Source: Botryllus schlosseri (Eukaryota). From it: a stretch of DNA of 64,000 nt. Made by a program: the position numbers and the translations under genes. The DNA lies in contig CM119381.1 in the NCBI GenBank assembly GCA_051294905.1, forward strand, positions 19,034,001-19,098,000, given 5' to 3'. Positions 40,001 through 51,214 of the stretch are shown piece after piece. The notes below the pieces were generated by a model. That model saw only the letters and a list, made by a program, of their open reading frames with translations. It did not search any database and had not been told where the DNA came from. Position 1 is the first letter of the stretch; the number at the start of each line of letters is the position of its first letter.

Positions 40001-43000
40001 ATTCGACTGTATATTAAAATTCGACATCACCTGTTTTTCATGGACGTGTAACAGAGACGGGCGTATTTCATACTTTCAATCACAAATCTTGTGAATTTCT
40101 AATTTAAGTCAAAATTTAGATCTATTGACCGAAATATTTTGTAAATTTTGACTATCAGAAGTTCCAAGTGAACCGTTTTGAAAATTACAAACATTCCTCA
40201 CGCTTGATCGAGAGAAGTCAAAATCTGTCTAAAATACGGAATGCTTGTGGCATTCGTATAGCTTATTTCATCTTCATGTTTTAAGAGAACGCAAAGAGGA
40301 AGTTGGCATCATGCATTTTTCTGAGGCTATGGAGATGACAAAAGGTAGGTCTGCTTATGACGTTTGTACTTATACAACTCTTGTTGGCAGCGGCCTGTTC
40401 TAGTACGATTTTGAATGTATGCGACCGTGTTTGAAGTATGACAATATCCGTCGCGTACCTATCAAATTGGGTCCTGCGAGTCTATTAATGTATTAAGAGT
40501 ACACCTCGGCGAGGCTGGGTATAAATCATGCCAATTGTCTGAAGTTGTGTGGCTGAGATTGTTCAGTGCACTACATTTCATCGAAAGATGATGAGATGAA
40601 ATGTATCGCAACCTCAGTCCCAAACCAAAATTCGCTAATAATTAACGTGTCCGTGCGCTGTTTTTACTGATTGCACACGTTAATTACACACTCATTCACA
40701 AATGATAAGTGGATATCAACACAAAAGTCAATAATTTGTAAATTTCAACACAAATTCAATTTGGTGTCGCCTTTCAGGTCCCTAGTTCCATCTTCAATCG
40801 GTGTGCAAATACTGGAAGGCGACGAAACATAGTAAAGAAGACATGCCGGACAGGCCGCATATCTCGCATTCTGTCACCGTATCGAATTCGGGGATTGTGT
40901 TATGTCAAATATTATTGTCGCTAGCGTCGTAAAGAGATAAGCGGCCAGATCGCGTCATGTGTGAAACGTAATGTGACATTCTACACTTGAAGCGAACTGA
41001 ACTGAACTGAGTAGTTTCAATCGAGTGAGCAAATCATTTAAGTTCATCTTCCCGCTCCATTGCACTTAACATCTCGTATACGATTCGTCGTTCAACGTCA
41101 AATTTTACTACGTTATAATTTGTGACTGACTGTGTGTCCCTCCAAGTGAAATCTATTAAACGAATCTTCAAGCCGCACCGGACTGTGGACTGTGTTACTT
41201 CTCAGGGAGGCTAGCGTGTTGTTTCTTCAGCAGTTATTTGATCTGGTGTGCATTAAGATTGATTGCTATGCAGAGAGGGACGGTAACTTTGATATTGAGT
41301 CGGCTGTCAGTAGAAGGATTTTACCGAGTACCAAGAAATTTGGCAATTGGCAGCCCCTAACCCTAAACATTAATATATACGTGGCCAAGTGGCAAATTCA
41401 TCCACTGCAGTATATCATAATTCGCCATCCAGTGAAACATTGAATTTGGAATTTATCACTACAATGGTGATGCATGATAATTACTAATTATTACAAATGC
41501 ACCAAGTGCTATTCATCCTAATTGGTTCATCGAATCATTTATTTTCGAAATAATGCGATAGTGATGCATCTTTTTCATAATAATAATAATAGTTATGGCA
41601 AATTCACAGGTAACCACTTCACCAATTCCAGACCGTGCTGGTACTGTAAATGCACTCTACTCTGTCGATTACGACCAATAAAAAATCTCGCTTCTGCTAA
41701 AATTCATTATGAAACCGGAACCCAATCCGATATTTACGCGGCAATTTCACCGCAACAATTCGACCGCCGTCATATTATGACGTCACAGATATCGAGATAA
41801 GTTTCGGTCGTCCCGATGAGGAGGATGACGATTGGGAAACAGTCACGAGTGCATCGTCCACTTCGTCTGCGACGTCTCCGGTTAAAAGCACAAGACAATC
41901 TAGCACGCCAAAGATGTCTGTGGAGCAAAATGCGAAAAGTCTGGAAATGCCGCTATATCAGGGTAAAGGTGTGTGTTACAAAGGACTTGAGCAGGGTTCC
42001 ATGGAGACTACAACTATGAAATTATATTGTCCTTTACAAGATATGTCGTTACTGTTGACTTGTCTCCTTTTTTAGTCTTATTACACTGGTCAACACATTA
42101 TTTTAGGCAGACAAAGTAAGAGTGGTTTTACGGGTTCTGAAGGGCACTGATTCCGAATATGACCTTAGTTTTTTCAAATTGGCTTTTGTTGTGGAGAAAA
42201 CCCATGGGGCTGTTTTGACCAAAATCTCCCATTTTCGCGGTGATGACTAGATATAAAATCGGCTTAGTGGTACTATAAAGTTTAGAAATTCAATCTACTT
42301 GTTATTTTTACACACAGAAGACTATATTAAATCAAAATACAGCAACAGCACTATATTTTAGGGTATTAGATTTATCATAGTTACTAAATAAACTCCAGTC
42401 ATGTATAGAAGTATTTACCTAGATACTCAAATAACGCGGCATTATTTCAATCAGTGTTACGTCAACCACCTATTGTACATTTGAAATAATCAGTTGGAAT
42501 ACAATATTATTGATATATTTTGAATCGAAATTTTTTTTTGTACGATTTTCGCCTGTAAGCTATTTAGTGCGGTTTCTCGAAAGGTTCCGGCAACGGTCTG
42601 ACATAATATGATCAATGGTTCATCTCATCTGCCCTGGTATCTTTCTATTGTTGTTCTGATGTCTTGTTAGAACCTCTCTCCTTGCTAATCAACATGATGA
42701 TCGGGAAATATATAAAGATGACTGAACAGGAAGTGAGCTTTTATGCTCATGTTTGTTCCAAGTTTTCGATATGCAGATACGAATTTTCGGACCAACTGTT
42801 TGTAGTTGGGTGCTTTGTGATCAGCTAAAAAGTTTTATTTACTACATCTCAGGAGAAATTACATGCTGTGAACTCCTCCTAATGTGAAATTGGAATCTTT
42901 CATCGGTATTCGAATCGATATTCTTCATAGACAATTAGCCATTTATGCGCAATATAAAGTTAGAAAAAAATACGATTTTCTTCCCACCAAGTGGAAATAC

Positions 43001-46000
43001 AGTAATTTTGGGCTTTTTTAGGGGTATAAATATCGTCTGACAGAGAGCCAATCTGACAAAAGTAATGTGATATTCGTAATCAGCACCCTCAAAAACCCCA
43101 GAAACGGCTCTCATATTTTCTGCCTAAAAAAAAAAATTTCATTTTGTTGAACAGTGTTATCAGTGCTAACCACAGTTCACAATGGGCATACGGTTGACGT
43201 GAACACTAATAATTGCATTTCGTTGCTAAAATTGTCCTCTTTTGTTATCTATTTAGCAGTCAGCTTCCCAAATTTCACTTGCCTCGTTTATGGGCTCCAC
43301 GAATCCATCCAAAAAAAGTGTTTGTGCCAAAAAACGGTCAAGAACCTCAGAAATAGAGAAAGGCTGATATTTTCAGTTCTGTCTTAAGAATTCAAAACTG
43401 TGTCTTATCTTCATTTATTCAACCGACAAGACAGCATAGTGGTAGAGTGCCCAGCCCCACCATAGGTAGTTGTGAGTTCCAGCCGCAGATGACAGACTAG
43501 ACTTGCTTGTGAAACTGGTATATATGGCATCGCTGCTTGTCCCTCCAGGATACCATGATAAACATATATAGAAATGAATAGGGGTGATAACTAAGCTGAA
43601 AACGCTAAAGGCTTGGAGTGCTCTCCTGACGGCCTGCCTTTTTTCTTTTCTGTAGCGGCCAGTCTTTACCCGTATCCGGATTTGATCTCGTGGCATTTGG
43701 CTCACGGCATGACGTCCAATCCTGCAGCGATAACCATAGGAAAAGATTGCCAAGCGCTCACCAATGACCAGGTAAGAATTTTGATGCGCACACATTGAAT
43801 TTCGTGTTGTATTGCCGTTGCAATGTATTGTCTTGCGGAACATGTGCTCGGCCTGTAACGTTAAGAAAAGGCGGCGTCCTTAAGCCGTTCTTTATTCCTG
43901 CAGATTTTTCAAGAGATCAGGAACACCATTGCAAGGTGTGCCCAAACGCTAGACTGCGATAGGGCCATCGTCGAAGCCTTGCTGTTGGAAATGGATTGGC
44001 GAACAGACGAAGTGATCGAGGTGTGTTCTTGAGGCGTAGAAGTATTACCTAATCTGGTCTAGATATTAAGGAGGGAGTCCATATATAAAGCTGGATGTAT
44101 TAAAGAGTAAATTATCGCATTCATCAGGATTTAGCACACCTGGATTATGGAAACCGATTAACAGTTTTTAATCGAAGCATTAGTATTCTGCCAGATCAAG
44201 TAACCTCATGATTTCCGCCCTCAGTGTCATCGGACTGATCAGGAAGTCTGTCGTAATTGAATTGAATAATTATACTTGGTTAATGATTATGTTCAAGAAC
44301 AAAGTTCTCTCGGCAAGCCTAAACGAACAGATTTTACCACTCAATATTGATGACTTGCCTAGAGCTCATCTCGCATTGAAAATTACTGTAAAAAGTACTG
44401 TAAAAATGGCAGCACTAATTTACTTTCATGGCCGGTGATTCTGAAACTTTATGAACAACAGTCGGCTACTTGCATGCGTTTTCAACTCGGCGGTCGCTTA
44501 ATTTTCAGCGTTACGCGACCAACAAAGATCAAACGCTGTCCGCGATTGGATGCCAGGAGAAGCACCCGTCTAATGTAGACGCCCAAAGCTGTGAAGATGA
44601 CAATTCCTGTCCTATTTGCACTCATGAAATGATGCCGGGAGAAGGTTTTGCGCTGCATTGCGGCCACGCCTGCTGCCAGGTTAGGCGTGTTTGCGGTTCA
44701 AGACCCTAATCGCTTTATATCAACAATTGTGTTGCAAAGATTTGAAGATATTTCGCCGGCTAACGCGATTTCTCCCTTGCAGGACTGTTGGAAAATGTAT
44801 CTGTCGCAAAAGCTGGAGGAAAACCGCGCTTTCAACACGAAATGTCCGATCGCAAACTGCAACGCGCGTCCGACACTCGGCACGTACGAGACAATTTTCA
44901 CGTATGACGGAGAGAAGCTGGAGAAGTACGTATGCGAATTTTATTACAAAGCGGCCGCGGCAACGCAGTAAACATGAGGTACACAAAGGCACAGTATGGC
45001 AATCCAATGAGCTTTTGTGAAAATATTTCTTCATCACGGTTGAATAACCATCCAAAGTTCCATACGACCAAGAATCGATAAAATATCAGGGTTAGAAGCC
45101 CAAAAAGACCAAACTCAATCGCGCCGAAACTGCTAGGGTAAAAGATCAACTATTCTTGTGATTAGTATTTCTCTTCTGAACCGCCGCCGATGTAAAACCA
45201 CACGATCATCGACAGGTACAAAGACGCTCTGGTTCGTTCCTACGTCGAAAACACGAGGTCTCTGTCTTACTGTCACTGTCCCTCTGGGTGCGACAGAATC
45301 CTGCGCAAGGGCACGGCGCATCAAAACGTCGGCACCTGCCAGAGATGCGGATGGCAGACCTGCTTCGCCTGCACTTACATCGAGGTACGGCTCGTTCGGC
45401 ATTGTGATTTTAGCATATCTATCAAATGGTATCTTGTCGATTTGCAGGCGCATTACCCTGCCAGCTGCGCGCACATGTCCCAGTGGCTCGAAGACGGAGG
45501 CTACCACGAGGACATGGGCGAGGATGCACGCAGCAAACTTCTGGCAAGGCTCATCTCGAAACGTTGCCCAAAGTGTCAGGCTAATATCGAGAAGGATGAC
45601 GGTTGCCTGCAGTAAGTGACCTTATATATTGACGGCTATCTGACAATCACCAAGCACTTTAGAGTCGAAATACAAACAGTGTCTACTGAGTAAATACCAG
45701 ACCACAATCTGAGTTTTCATACCGTCACATGCCACCACATTTTCATGACTTGCCCTTTTTATGTTATCTTGCATCACTTTTCATTCTGAACAGCTTCTTG
45801 GAGGAACAGAACTTCAATATACAATTGAATTGTATATTCATATTGAAATGAACCCGAATATTTTCGGCTGACACTCGTCAGGGGTAATCGTCAGCAACTA
45901 GTAGAGAATTCAAAAGAACAGCGTATATCAGTGGTTCTTAACCTTGCCTCCAGCGCCCCCCAAGGGGCGCTGGCGAGTTTGAAGGGGGCGGAAACGCTCA

Positions 46001-49000
46001 GGGGGCGATATGGGGGGCGCTGGGCTCAGGGGGGCGGTATGGGGGGCGCTGGCGAAAATGGCTTCGCAGTAGATGATGTGGTAGTGGGACATATCCCTAA
46101 TGAGTATTCAGAGTAAATTAGCACCGAAAACTTCGTTATATATAGCCTACATAAGACATATAGGTTTAATTGTCCATGGGCGCCTAAATGACTGGCACCA
46201 AATGTTCCTGTCTTGGCAACCTGAACCCCAGAAGACGAATTCCACCTGGCAGGGAAAAATTATATGCAAGTGAAGAAATACCACTCTGAATTCGTGTGCG
46301 TCTTTTAGTTTAGTACGATTGGGCGACAGGGATATCTAAAACTAGATATTCCAGTTAGGCGATATCCCGCTTGGGTAGGCTTACCATATTTTGGAAATCT
46401 AAACAGAGGACACTTTTTCAGAAATTTGAGACTTGCAAAACCGGAGAAGAATTCTCAAAAACCGGTGAATTTTTCCCACTTTGTGATCGGTAGACTAAAA
46501 AAAAAAAGGTCATCTTTCCGCTCAGAACTCAAAATACCGTTTTTCACTCCACACTTCCTGGTGGATGACTAAAAAAAAGGTCAGCTTTTCGCTCAGAGCT
46601 AAAATCACCGTTTTTCACTCCGAAATACACGCCGGAGCTTCACTTCTGTGCTCATTTGCGTCATATCACACACAATTTGCTCTAAATCTGACCTAAACTT
46701 TCAAAAAAGAGGACAAAATCTCAAAAAAAGAGGACAAAAGGGCGTCTTCCGAGGACACTTTCAATAAGGTCAAAAAAGAGGACAAATCCTCTTAAGAGGA
46801 CGTAGGGTAAGACTACTGTAGGGCGATTCTATATTTTTTGATATAGCAGACAGGAGGTCACGAAATAACATCATGCAACGAAGTCATACCAACGGGTTCG
46901 CCCGCCCGAATATGTTTAATTATCAGTTACGGGCCCTACAGTTTCCAAGACACCTCACAATGTTCGCTCTAAGTTTTGATGAGTCTGCGCACAGTCTGCG
47001 CTGACCCTTGGACAATAGTGCGTAACGACTAAAAAAGGGTCATAACTTTGAATTTGTTGTGCGCAACGCAGATTTTCTGTGCGCAGAGACCGTGCACTGC
47101 GCACGTGCGCAGCTTCGAGGGAACATTGCACCTCACTCAGCTCTACCGGTAAATCTGGTAACGTGAGCAGAGAGGACAAGAAATTGATAGCAATATATAT
47201 GCAATTATTACTGACCGATTATATTATGAATTATCCAAAGTTTTCGCGCTTCGCACTGGCTCGCTAAACAGTACAGCTGATTCCTGGCAAAAGCGAACTA
47301 CGTGATGGGGGGCGGTCGGTTTATCACCCTATGGGATCCGAAGACCCAAGTTTTTTCGGGGGGCCTGACGAAGTGCCGTTGCGTTCCTGCCAACGGGTAT
47401 ACGCCCAAAGATGTATAATTATTATTGAGGGTCCTACCTTTTCAATCACACATCACTCAATATACATGCTATATTCCCGATCATATTGACCAATTCAATC
47501 ATTAATTAGTCAAATTTTTCACGCTTAGCGCGTCCAGGCGAGAATCGCTGCCTCAGTAAATGGACACCCAATGTTGATGATGACTAGTTTCAGCAAATAG
47601 CGGATAGCCGAAAGGGGGTCTGGGGGCGAAACCCCCTCGGAAGTTTGGTTTATCACCCGATGGGGGGCCCAAGACCAACGGTTTTTTTGGGGGGGGGCTG
47701 ACAAAGTGCTATTAGGCCCTGGTAACGAATTAATTGTACCTACGAGCACGCCCGAATATGTTTAATTATTAATTACGTGCCCTTTATTTTCCCATACAAC
47801 AGCTCACTCTGCGCTACTGGTAAATCTGATTACGTGGGCTGAGAGGATAAAAAGTTTATAGCGACTTGAATATGTAAATACCACCTATTCATTCATGCAT
47901 TATAGAAAATTTTGGTACCTAGGGCGACCAGGCCACACAAACTTTGCCGACCATCGAAATCACGCTACGGGGTTCTTGGGGGCAAAGCCTTCAGAAGTTT
48001 GGTTTATCACGCTATGGGTGCACAAGGCAATCGTTTTTAGGGGGGTTGACGAAGTGCTGTTACGGCCCTCCCTCCTACTCATTGTCTTTATTACATTCCC
48101 TACAATATGAGGTTGGGGGGCGCTGAAGCACGATAATATTTGAAAGGGGGCGCTGGAGGAAAAAAGGTTAAGAACCACTGGCGTATATCATACACGAACT
48201 TTTTTTGTTGACACAGCCTTGGCTGGTGTATTTTGATAAAAGTCGACTCCAAGGCACACAAATGAAAGTGTGAGCGACCCTTTTCGAGTATGCAAAATCT
48301 TGTCGTCTCGATAATTTTTCGCACAGGCTGGATTATCCAACAAGTGTTTGCCAATTGCAGAATTTATGGCCTTGATTGTTCCGCATCAATCTTGAGCGGA
48401 TGAGTTGAGGGTGAGCTTTTCGCCGAGCGTGTTCTAATGAATCACTTTTGCACTTTTCATTCTGTGTACATGCTTCTTATTGTCATGTTCTTGGTCGGGT
48501 GTCTGATTCAAAAGACTACCCTAATCTTGTGGTGTTTAGAATTGATTAAAACCCAAAATGAACAAATGACCATTGATGTTTAGCATGAAGTGCTTGAAGT
48601 GCAGTCACGACTTCTGTTGGCGGTGTCTGAAGGACTGGCGGCCGACGCATCGCGATTACTACAAGTGCTCGGCCAAAGTCAGCAAGCTGGCGCAGGCCGG
48701 GCAGAAATTTCAGGATCATAACAAAAGGTGTCAGTTTCACCATCAGGCCAAGGTGGGTCCGCCGCATTGTAGCGATCTTGATGTGCGCATGTGTTTACGG
48801 AATGAAAGTAACTATAAAAATTGTCCCTTTGTCATAACCAGAGGTGGTCACTTGTCTGGTCAGTAACGAAGTACGTATTAGAGTAGCAATAGCCCCTACA
48901 TAACAGTAACTGAACGGATATTGAAGATTGAATCCATCTGTATCGCTATTGGTCATTTTGCTTGAGCCACCTCTGATTTAGTGCAAGAAGCAGGCGATCT

Positions 49001-51039
49001 TTCGTTCGAATTCACTTTTCCAATCCAATTACTTAGTACTCTTCAGGCCTTATATTTTCTCCTTCCACTTGCAGTAAGTTTGATACAAATTAGAAGCCAC
49101 TACTTCAACCTGAGTAGCAGCGCTGACTACTTTGACCACCACAACTCCCCTTTTTTCTATTTCAGGCCTTTCCGCAGTGGCTTTTGCGGCGTCTGAGCCA
49201 CGTGGACGTATCGGCCGTGTCCGCTGTGACTTTGTTGCGTGCGGTAGAGGCGTGCAGGACTCTCAGCCGAGCCAGGACGGTAAGCCTTCATCGTAGAACT
49301 GAGATTTTCTATTATATTATATTTATCGACGCATTGTTCCGCAGACTTTGGCCTACTCGAACGTGTTCAGTTTCTACTCGCCCGACTCGGAAAAGATGAA
49401 ATCGTCGGAACTGCATGCTCAAGTTCTGGAGACTGAGGTGCTTCGATTGCAAGACTTCCTGGGTGAGTATCCCGACGTTTAGGAATGTTGATTTTATGTT
49501 TGCAGATAGATCTTGTAAACCTGTTAGACCGGCAAATTCATATTTTCGTTTTGTTTGTTCAGAGAAATCGCTTCAAGGCCGCGCCGATATCACGCACTGC
49601 GTTGCGCACTTGAAAGAAGCCGACTGTGACCGGCTCGCGGAATTTACGCGCAGCATCTCGAAGAAATTGGAACGCTTGCTGTTGTTTTCGAATCAGGTGA
49701 GTCGCGGGGGTGGTCGGTAAAGGATTACTACTGCTTTTTCAGATTCCTCGAGTGGTTATGATTTTAAACTGATTTTACTTGTACTATAGTATTTAGAAAA
49801 ACCAGGCCTAAAATACTCCTTTTTTATTTAGAAATCGCTACTTGTACTCAAGTAGAAATTTATGTTGTTACTCGTACTCAAATACTAACTAGGACTACTT
49901 TTCCCATGCCTGGTCGTGATTGCACGAAGGTGGTAAGTAATGAAGTACGTCTACTGGGAACCTACTCTGAACTCCCATTTATATGTCCTCTTTTTTCGGA
50001 TCCGTAAATATGGGGGGGGGGCGGACATATGTGTCGAGCTTGATTAGGGAGCGATGAGTCGATAAAGTTTGTAATTCGAAGTAGATATGGCATGTCTTGA
50101 GAATAACCACTTTGGCTTGTCAATGAGAAGAAATATGCTGCCTTGCTTTCTCCACGTGACTACCAACGGTACTTGACATTCACTGCTATCGTAAATGTGG
50201 CGTACGCACCATCGTAATGGTTGTTCACTTGTAAATTGTGACAGGGCATGAAAGTAGGAATGCCGACCGGTCAGATGGAACTTGAAGGCGCCGTCCAACC
50301 GAACACACAAGCACGGCCGGCTGGGATGTCGGACGAAGATGCCGACGACGACATGTTTGAGGTAATGTCACCTCTCCTGCGTAACTGGTTTTGGTTCGTT
50401 TATGTGTGAATTACACTCTTGCTGTTCGCTAACCCTTTTTACTAAGTGACTCATCCAGACTTGTTAACAAGTATCTTAATGACAGCGGGGATCGATAATG
50501 AAGCACTTCTGCTTTTTTTAGTGATACTGTCTCGATTACTGGTCGATGTAGATCCCTGTATTACAGTGACGGAACTTGGTTTCAGAGTCGCACCCACTGT
50601 GTAGCACCATTGGTTGGTCTTCTGTGTTCATTACTATGATGTGTATTTCAGTTTTAGATTTATGCTAAACGATTTGCCCATCTCTGCAATTGTGTGGTCA
50701 TTTTTCCAAGTACTTGGTGAAAATCGTCCAATTGCTCATGGGTAGTCAAGTTTTGTGACTACTCTTCATTCTACTTCTAGTTTTTGCAGTCAGTTGCTAC
50801 TTTTTATCTTAAGAAGTTTTGCCATGCCTTGAAAATCCCCACTTCTAATTGCAACCAGTGGAAATTGACATTGGTTTTTCTACTTCAACCCGAGCACCAG
50901 CAAGAACTGTTTTGACCAGCTCTACTCTATCGCCGAATGTACCAGCTTTGCAATGTTGTTGCAGGATAATTTTCAAAGCTCGGAAGATACATTCAGCAAC
51001 GTAGATGATGACGACGACGACGAAGATGACGATGATGAT

Positions 51040-51071
<32 letters not shown>

Positions 51072-51214
51072 CGACAGTGACGGTATGTTATTCCTATCAG
51101 GCGATGTCGACTGAACTAAAATCGACCTTCCCATTTACAGATTCGCCTTTCAGACTGGACTATTCCATGGGCGGATACGATTCGGACAATGACCTTTTTG
51201 ATACGCTCATATGA
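13022..51214 (+). CDS. CUL9: Cullin-9 / PARC (CUL7-type cullin fused to an Ariadne RBR ligase), 56 exons, ~2,930 aa
   Basis: Phase-consistent GT-AG exons: 13022-13120,13517-13618,14871-15015,15078-15326,16717-16886,17088-17208,20580-20753,20818-20916,21241-21446,22103-22254,22798-22975,23575-23743,24389-24588,24927-25040,25573-25845,26297-26439,26505-26588,27257-27437,27498-27626,27966-28075,28131-28251,29185-29347,29727-29869,29940-30176,30859-30987,31339-31525,31591-31762,32277-32699,33247-33365,34111-34365,35469-35765,35829-35962,36598-36755,36815-36950,37891-38027,38090-38244,38416-38582,38924-39071,39173-39333,39392-39520,39815-39993,40286-40344,41789-41962,43656-43771,43904-44020,44509-44679,44783-44925,45216-45384,45448-45611,48584-48752,49166-49279,49345-49462,49563-49696,50245-50361,50965-51082,51141-51214 (8805 nt). 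Hallmarks: N-terminal EVLRQRQG..EFLVKWS..ILMWMTKDE, CPH, DOC, cullin/neddylation, RING1-IBR-RING2-Ariadne, acidic tail. A few linker exons (27257, 29727, 40286, 41789) are less certain. Confidence 0.95.
13735..14424 (-). mobile_element. Degenerate Penelope-like element fragment with inverted pseudo-LTR (CUL9 intron 2)
   Basis: 13735-14190 is the reverse complement of the GIY-YIG end plus pLTR seen at 19670-20120. 14230-14424 is a plus-strand pLTR copy with a mutated hammerhead. Confidence 0.8.
17270..18595. repeat. Rearranged copy of the MITE family found at 57501-58589 (host of the 17404 insertion)
   Basis: 17276-17370 and 18075-18210 match 58380-58585; 18480-18590 matches the reverse complement of 57515-57600. 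Confidence 0.6.
17404..17821. mobile_element. MULE-like MITE with internal GGGTTA-like repeats and a duplicated right arm
   Basis: TIR gacatatgagcatgcgaca / tgtcgcatgctcatatgtc; 9-bp direct repeat gcctgaatc at 17395-17403 and 17822-17830. Confidence 0.7.
18789..20120 (+). mobile_element. Degenerate 5'-truncated Penelope-like retroelement (RT + GIY-YIG remnants, 3' pLTR, inverted partial pLTR at 5' end)
   Basis: Remnants VMGSPMGPTLANIFVGYYE, RYVDN, FRKSTFTGQYLPWNSFSP, LLDNGYP, KDVLPALQQSNVV.EYKCHCD and GKHLLDNPIC. Termini ttgaagagctt / aagctcttcaa are inverted; stops and frameshifts present. Confidence 0.9.
20011..20054 (+). ncRNA. Minimal type I hammerhead ribozyme (Penelope pLTR), intact core, sense to CUL9
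   Basis: Helix I ACCC 20021-24 / GGGT 20051-54; CTGACGA 20025-31; helix II G20032-C20040; GAA 20041-43; palindromic helix III AATATT 20044-49; cleavage nucleotide C20050. Confidence 0.85.
20290..20340 (+). repeat. 5'-truncated second pLTR/hammerhead half (lacks the CUGA core)
   Basis: cgagtgtcagccgaaaatattcgggttcatttcaatatgaatatactatt is identical to 20029-20079. Confidence 0.85.
22798..23630 (+). other. CUL9: CUL9 CPH domain (exons 11-12)
   Basis: FKERSAFDSEKEYEEYVRAMLRPGWFVKAIDGHKKVEKGDTGIFES...VNWNRLGQRYPVREGGLQILG aligns with the Cul7/PARC/HERC2 CPH pattern. Confidence 0.85.
28290..28976. mobile_element. hAT-type MITE
   Basis: cagtg...cactg termini; near-perfect 8-bp TSD ctgtaata / ctgtagta; ggggaattt subterminal motifs. 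Confidence 0.65.
31591..32540 (+). other. CUL9: CUL9 DOC/APC10 domain (exons 27-28)
   Basis: [51 protein letters not shown]...DSSYMPARLVV...[26 protein letters not shown]. Confidence 0.95.
32895..33030 (+). mobile_element. Degenerate Penelope pLTR remnant
   Basis: gaattctttactaattgctgacgattaaccctgacgg...aaatatttggg...gtattgaagtt is a decayed copy of 19990-20120. Confidence 0.65.
34512..34600 (-). mobile_element. Degenerate Penelope pLTR remnant
   Basis: tattttcggccgacactcgtcgggagtgattgtcagcaactagtagagaattcaaaagaac is the reverse complement of the pLTR hammerhead region. Confidence 0.7.
34740..35411. mobile_element. MITE with GGAGTC/GACTCC subterminal motifs
   Basis: Begins cagggctgtggagtcgg and ends gactccagtttgagagcccctg (imperfect TIRs); no clear TSD. 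Confidence 0.5.
45852..45895 (-). ncRNA. Minimal type I hammerhead ribozyme, intact core, antisense to CUL9
   Basis: Reverse complement reads gctgacgattacccctgacgagtgtcagccgaaaatattcgggt, identical to 20011-20054. Confidence 0.85.
45929..48180. mobile_element. Non-autonomous hAT element (2.25 kb) with internal ~330-400-bp repeated units
   Basis: TIRs cagtggttcttaacctt / aaggttaagaaccactg; perfect 8-bp TSD gcgtatat (45921-45928 and 48181-48188). Confidence 0.9.
46376..46815. mobile_element. MITE nested in the hAT element
   Basis: taggcttaccata... / ...cgtagggtaagacta imperfect TIRs; repeated aaaagaggaca motifs. Confidence 0.6.
51004..51081 (+). repeat. GAT/GAC trinucleotide run encoding the poly-Asp tail of CUL9
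   Basis: In-frame D6-E-D17-S-D in exon 50965-51082. Confidence 0.95.

Larger units (their letters stand above)
45787..48436 (-). mobile_element. Penelope-like fragment (pLTR 45787-45928 + GIY-YIG end 48189-48436) split by a hAT insertion
   Basis: Both flanks are reverse-complement matches to 19670-20120; the minus-strand translation includes HLCALESTFIKIHQPRLCQQK. Confidence 0.85.
44509..48752 (+). other. CUL9: CUL9 RBR module (RING1-IBR-RING2) with intact catalytic Cys
   Basis: RING1 CPIC...CGHACCQDC...CPIANC; IBR CHCPSGC...CQRCGWQTCFAC...HYPASC; RING2 [31 protein letters not shown]. The catalytic Cys codon is at 45604-45606. Confidence 0.95.

Noticed and set aside
43428-43490. tRNA-like A/B boxes (also at about 1375-1420)
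   Set aside because: No cloverleaf can be built; at most these are decayed tRNA-derived SINE heads.
51005-51214. Poly-Thr/Met ORF in the ORF track
   Set aside because: It is a frame-shifted reading of the poly-Asp exon that runs through an intron into the true last exon.
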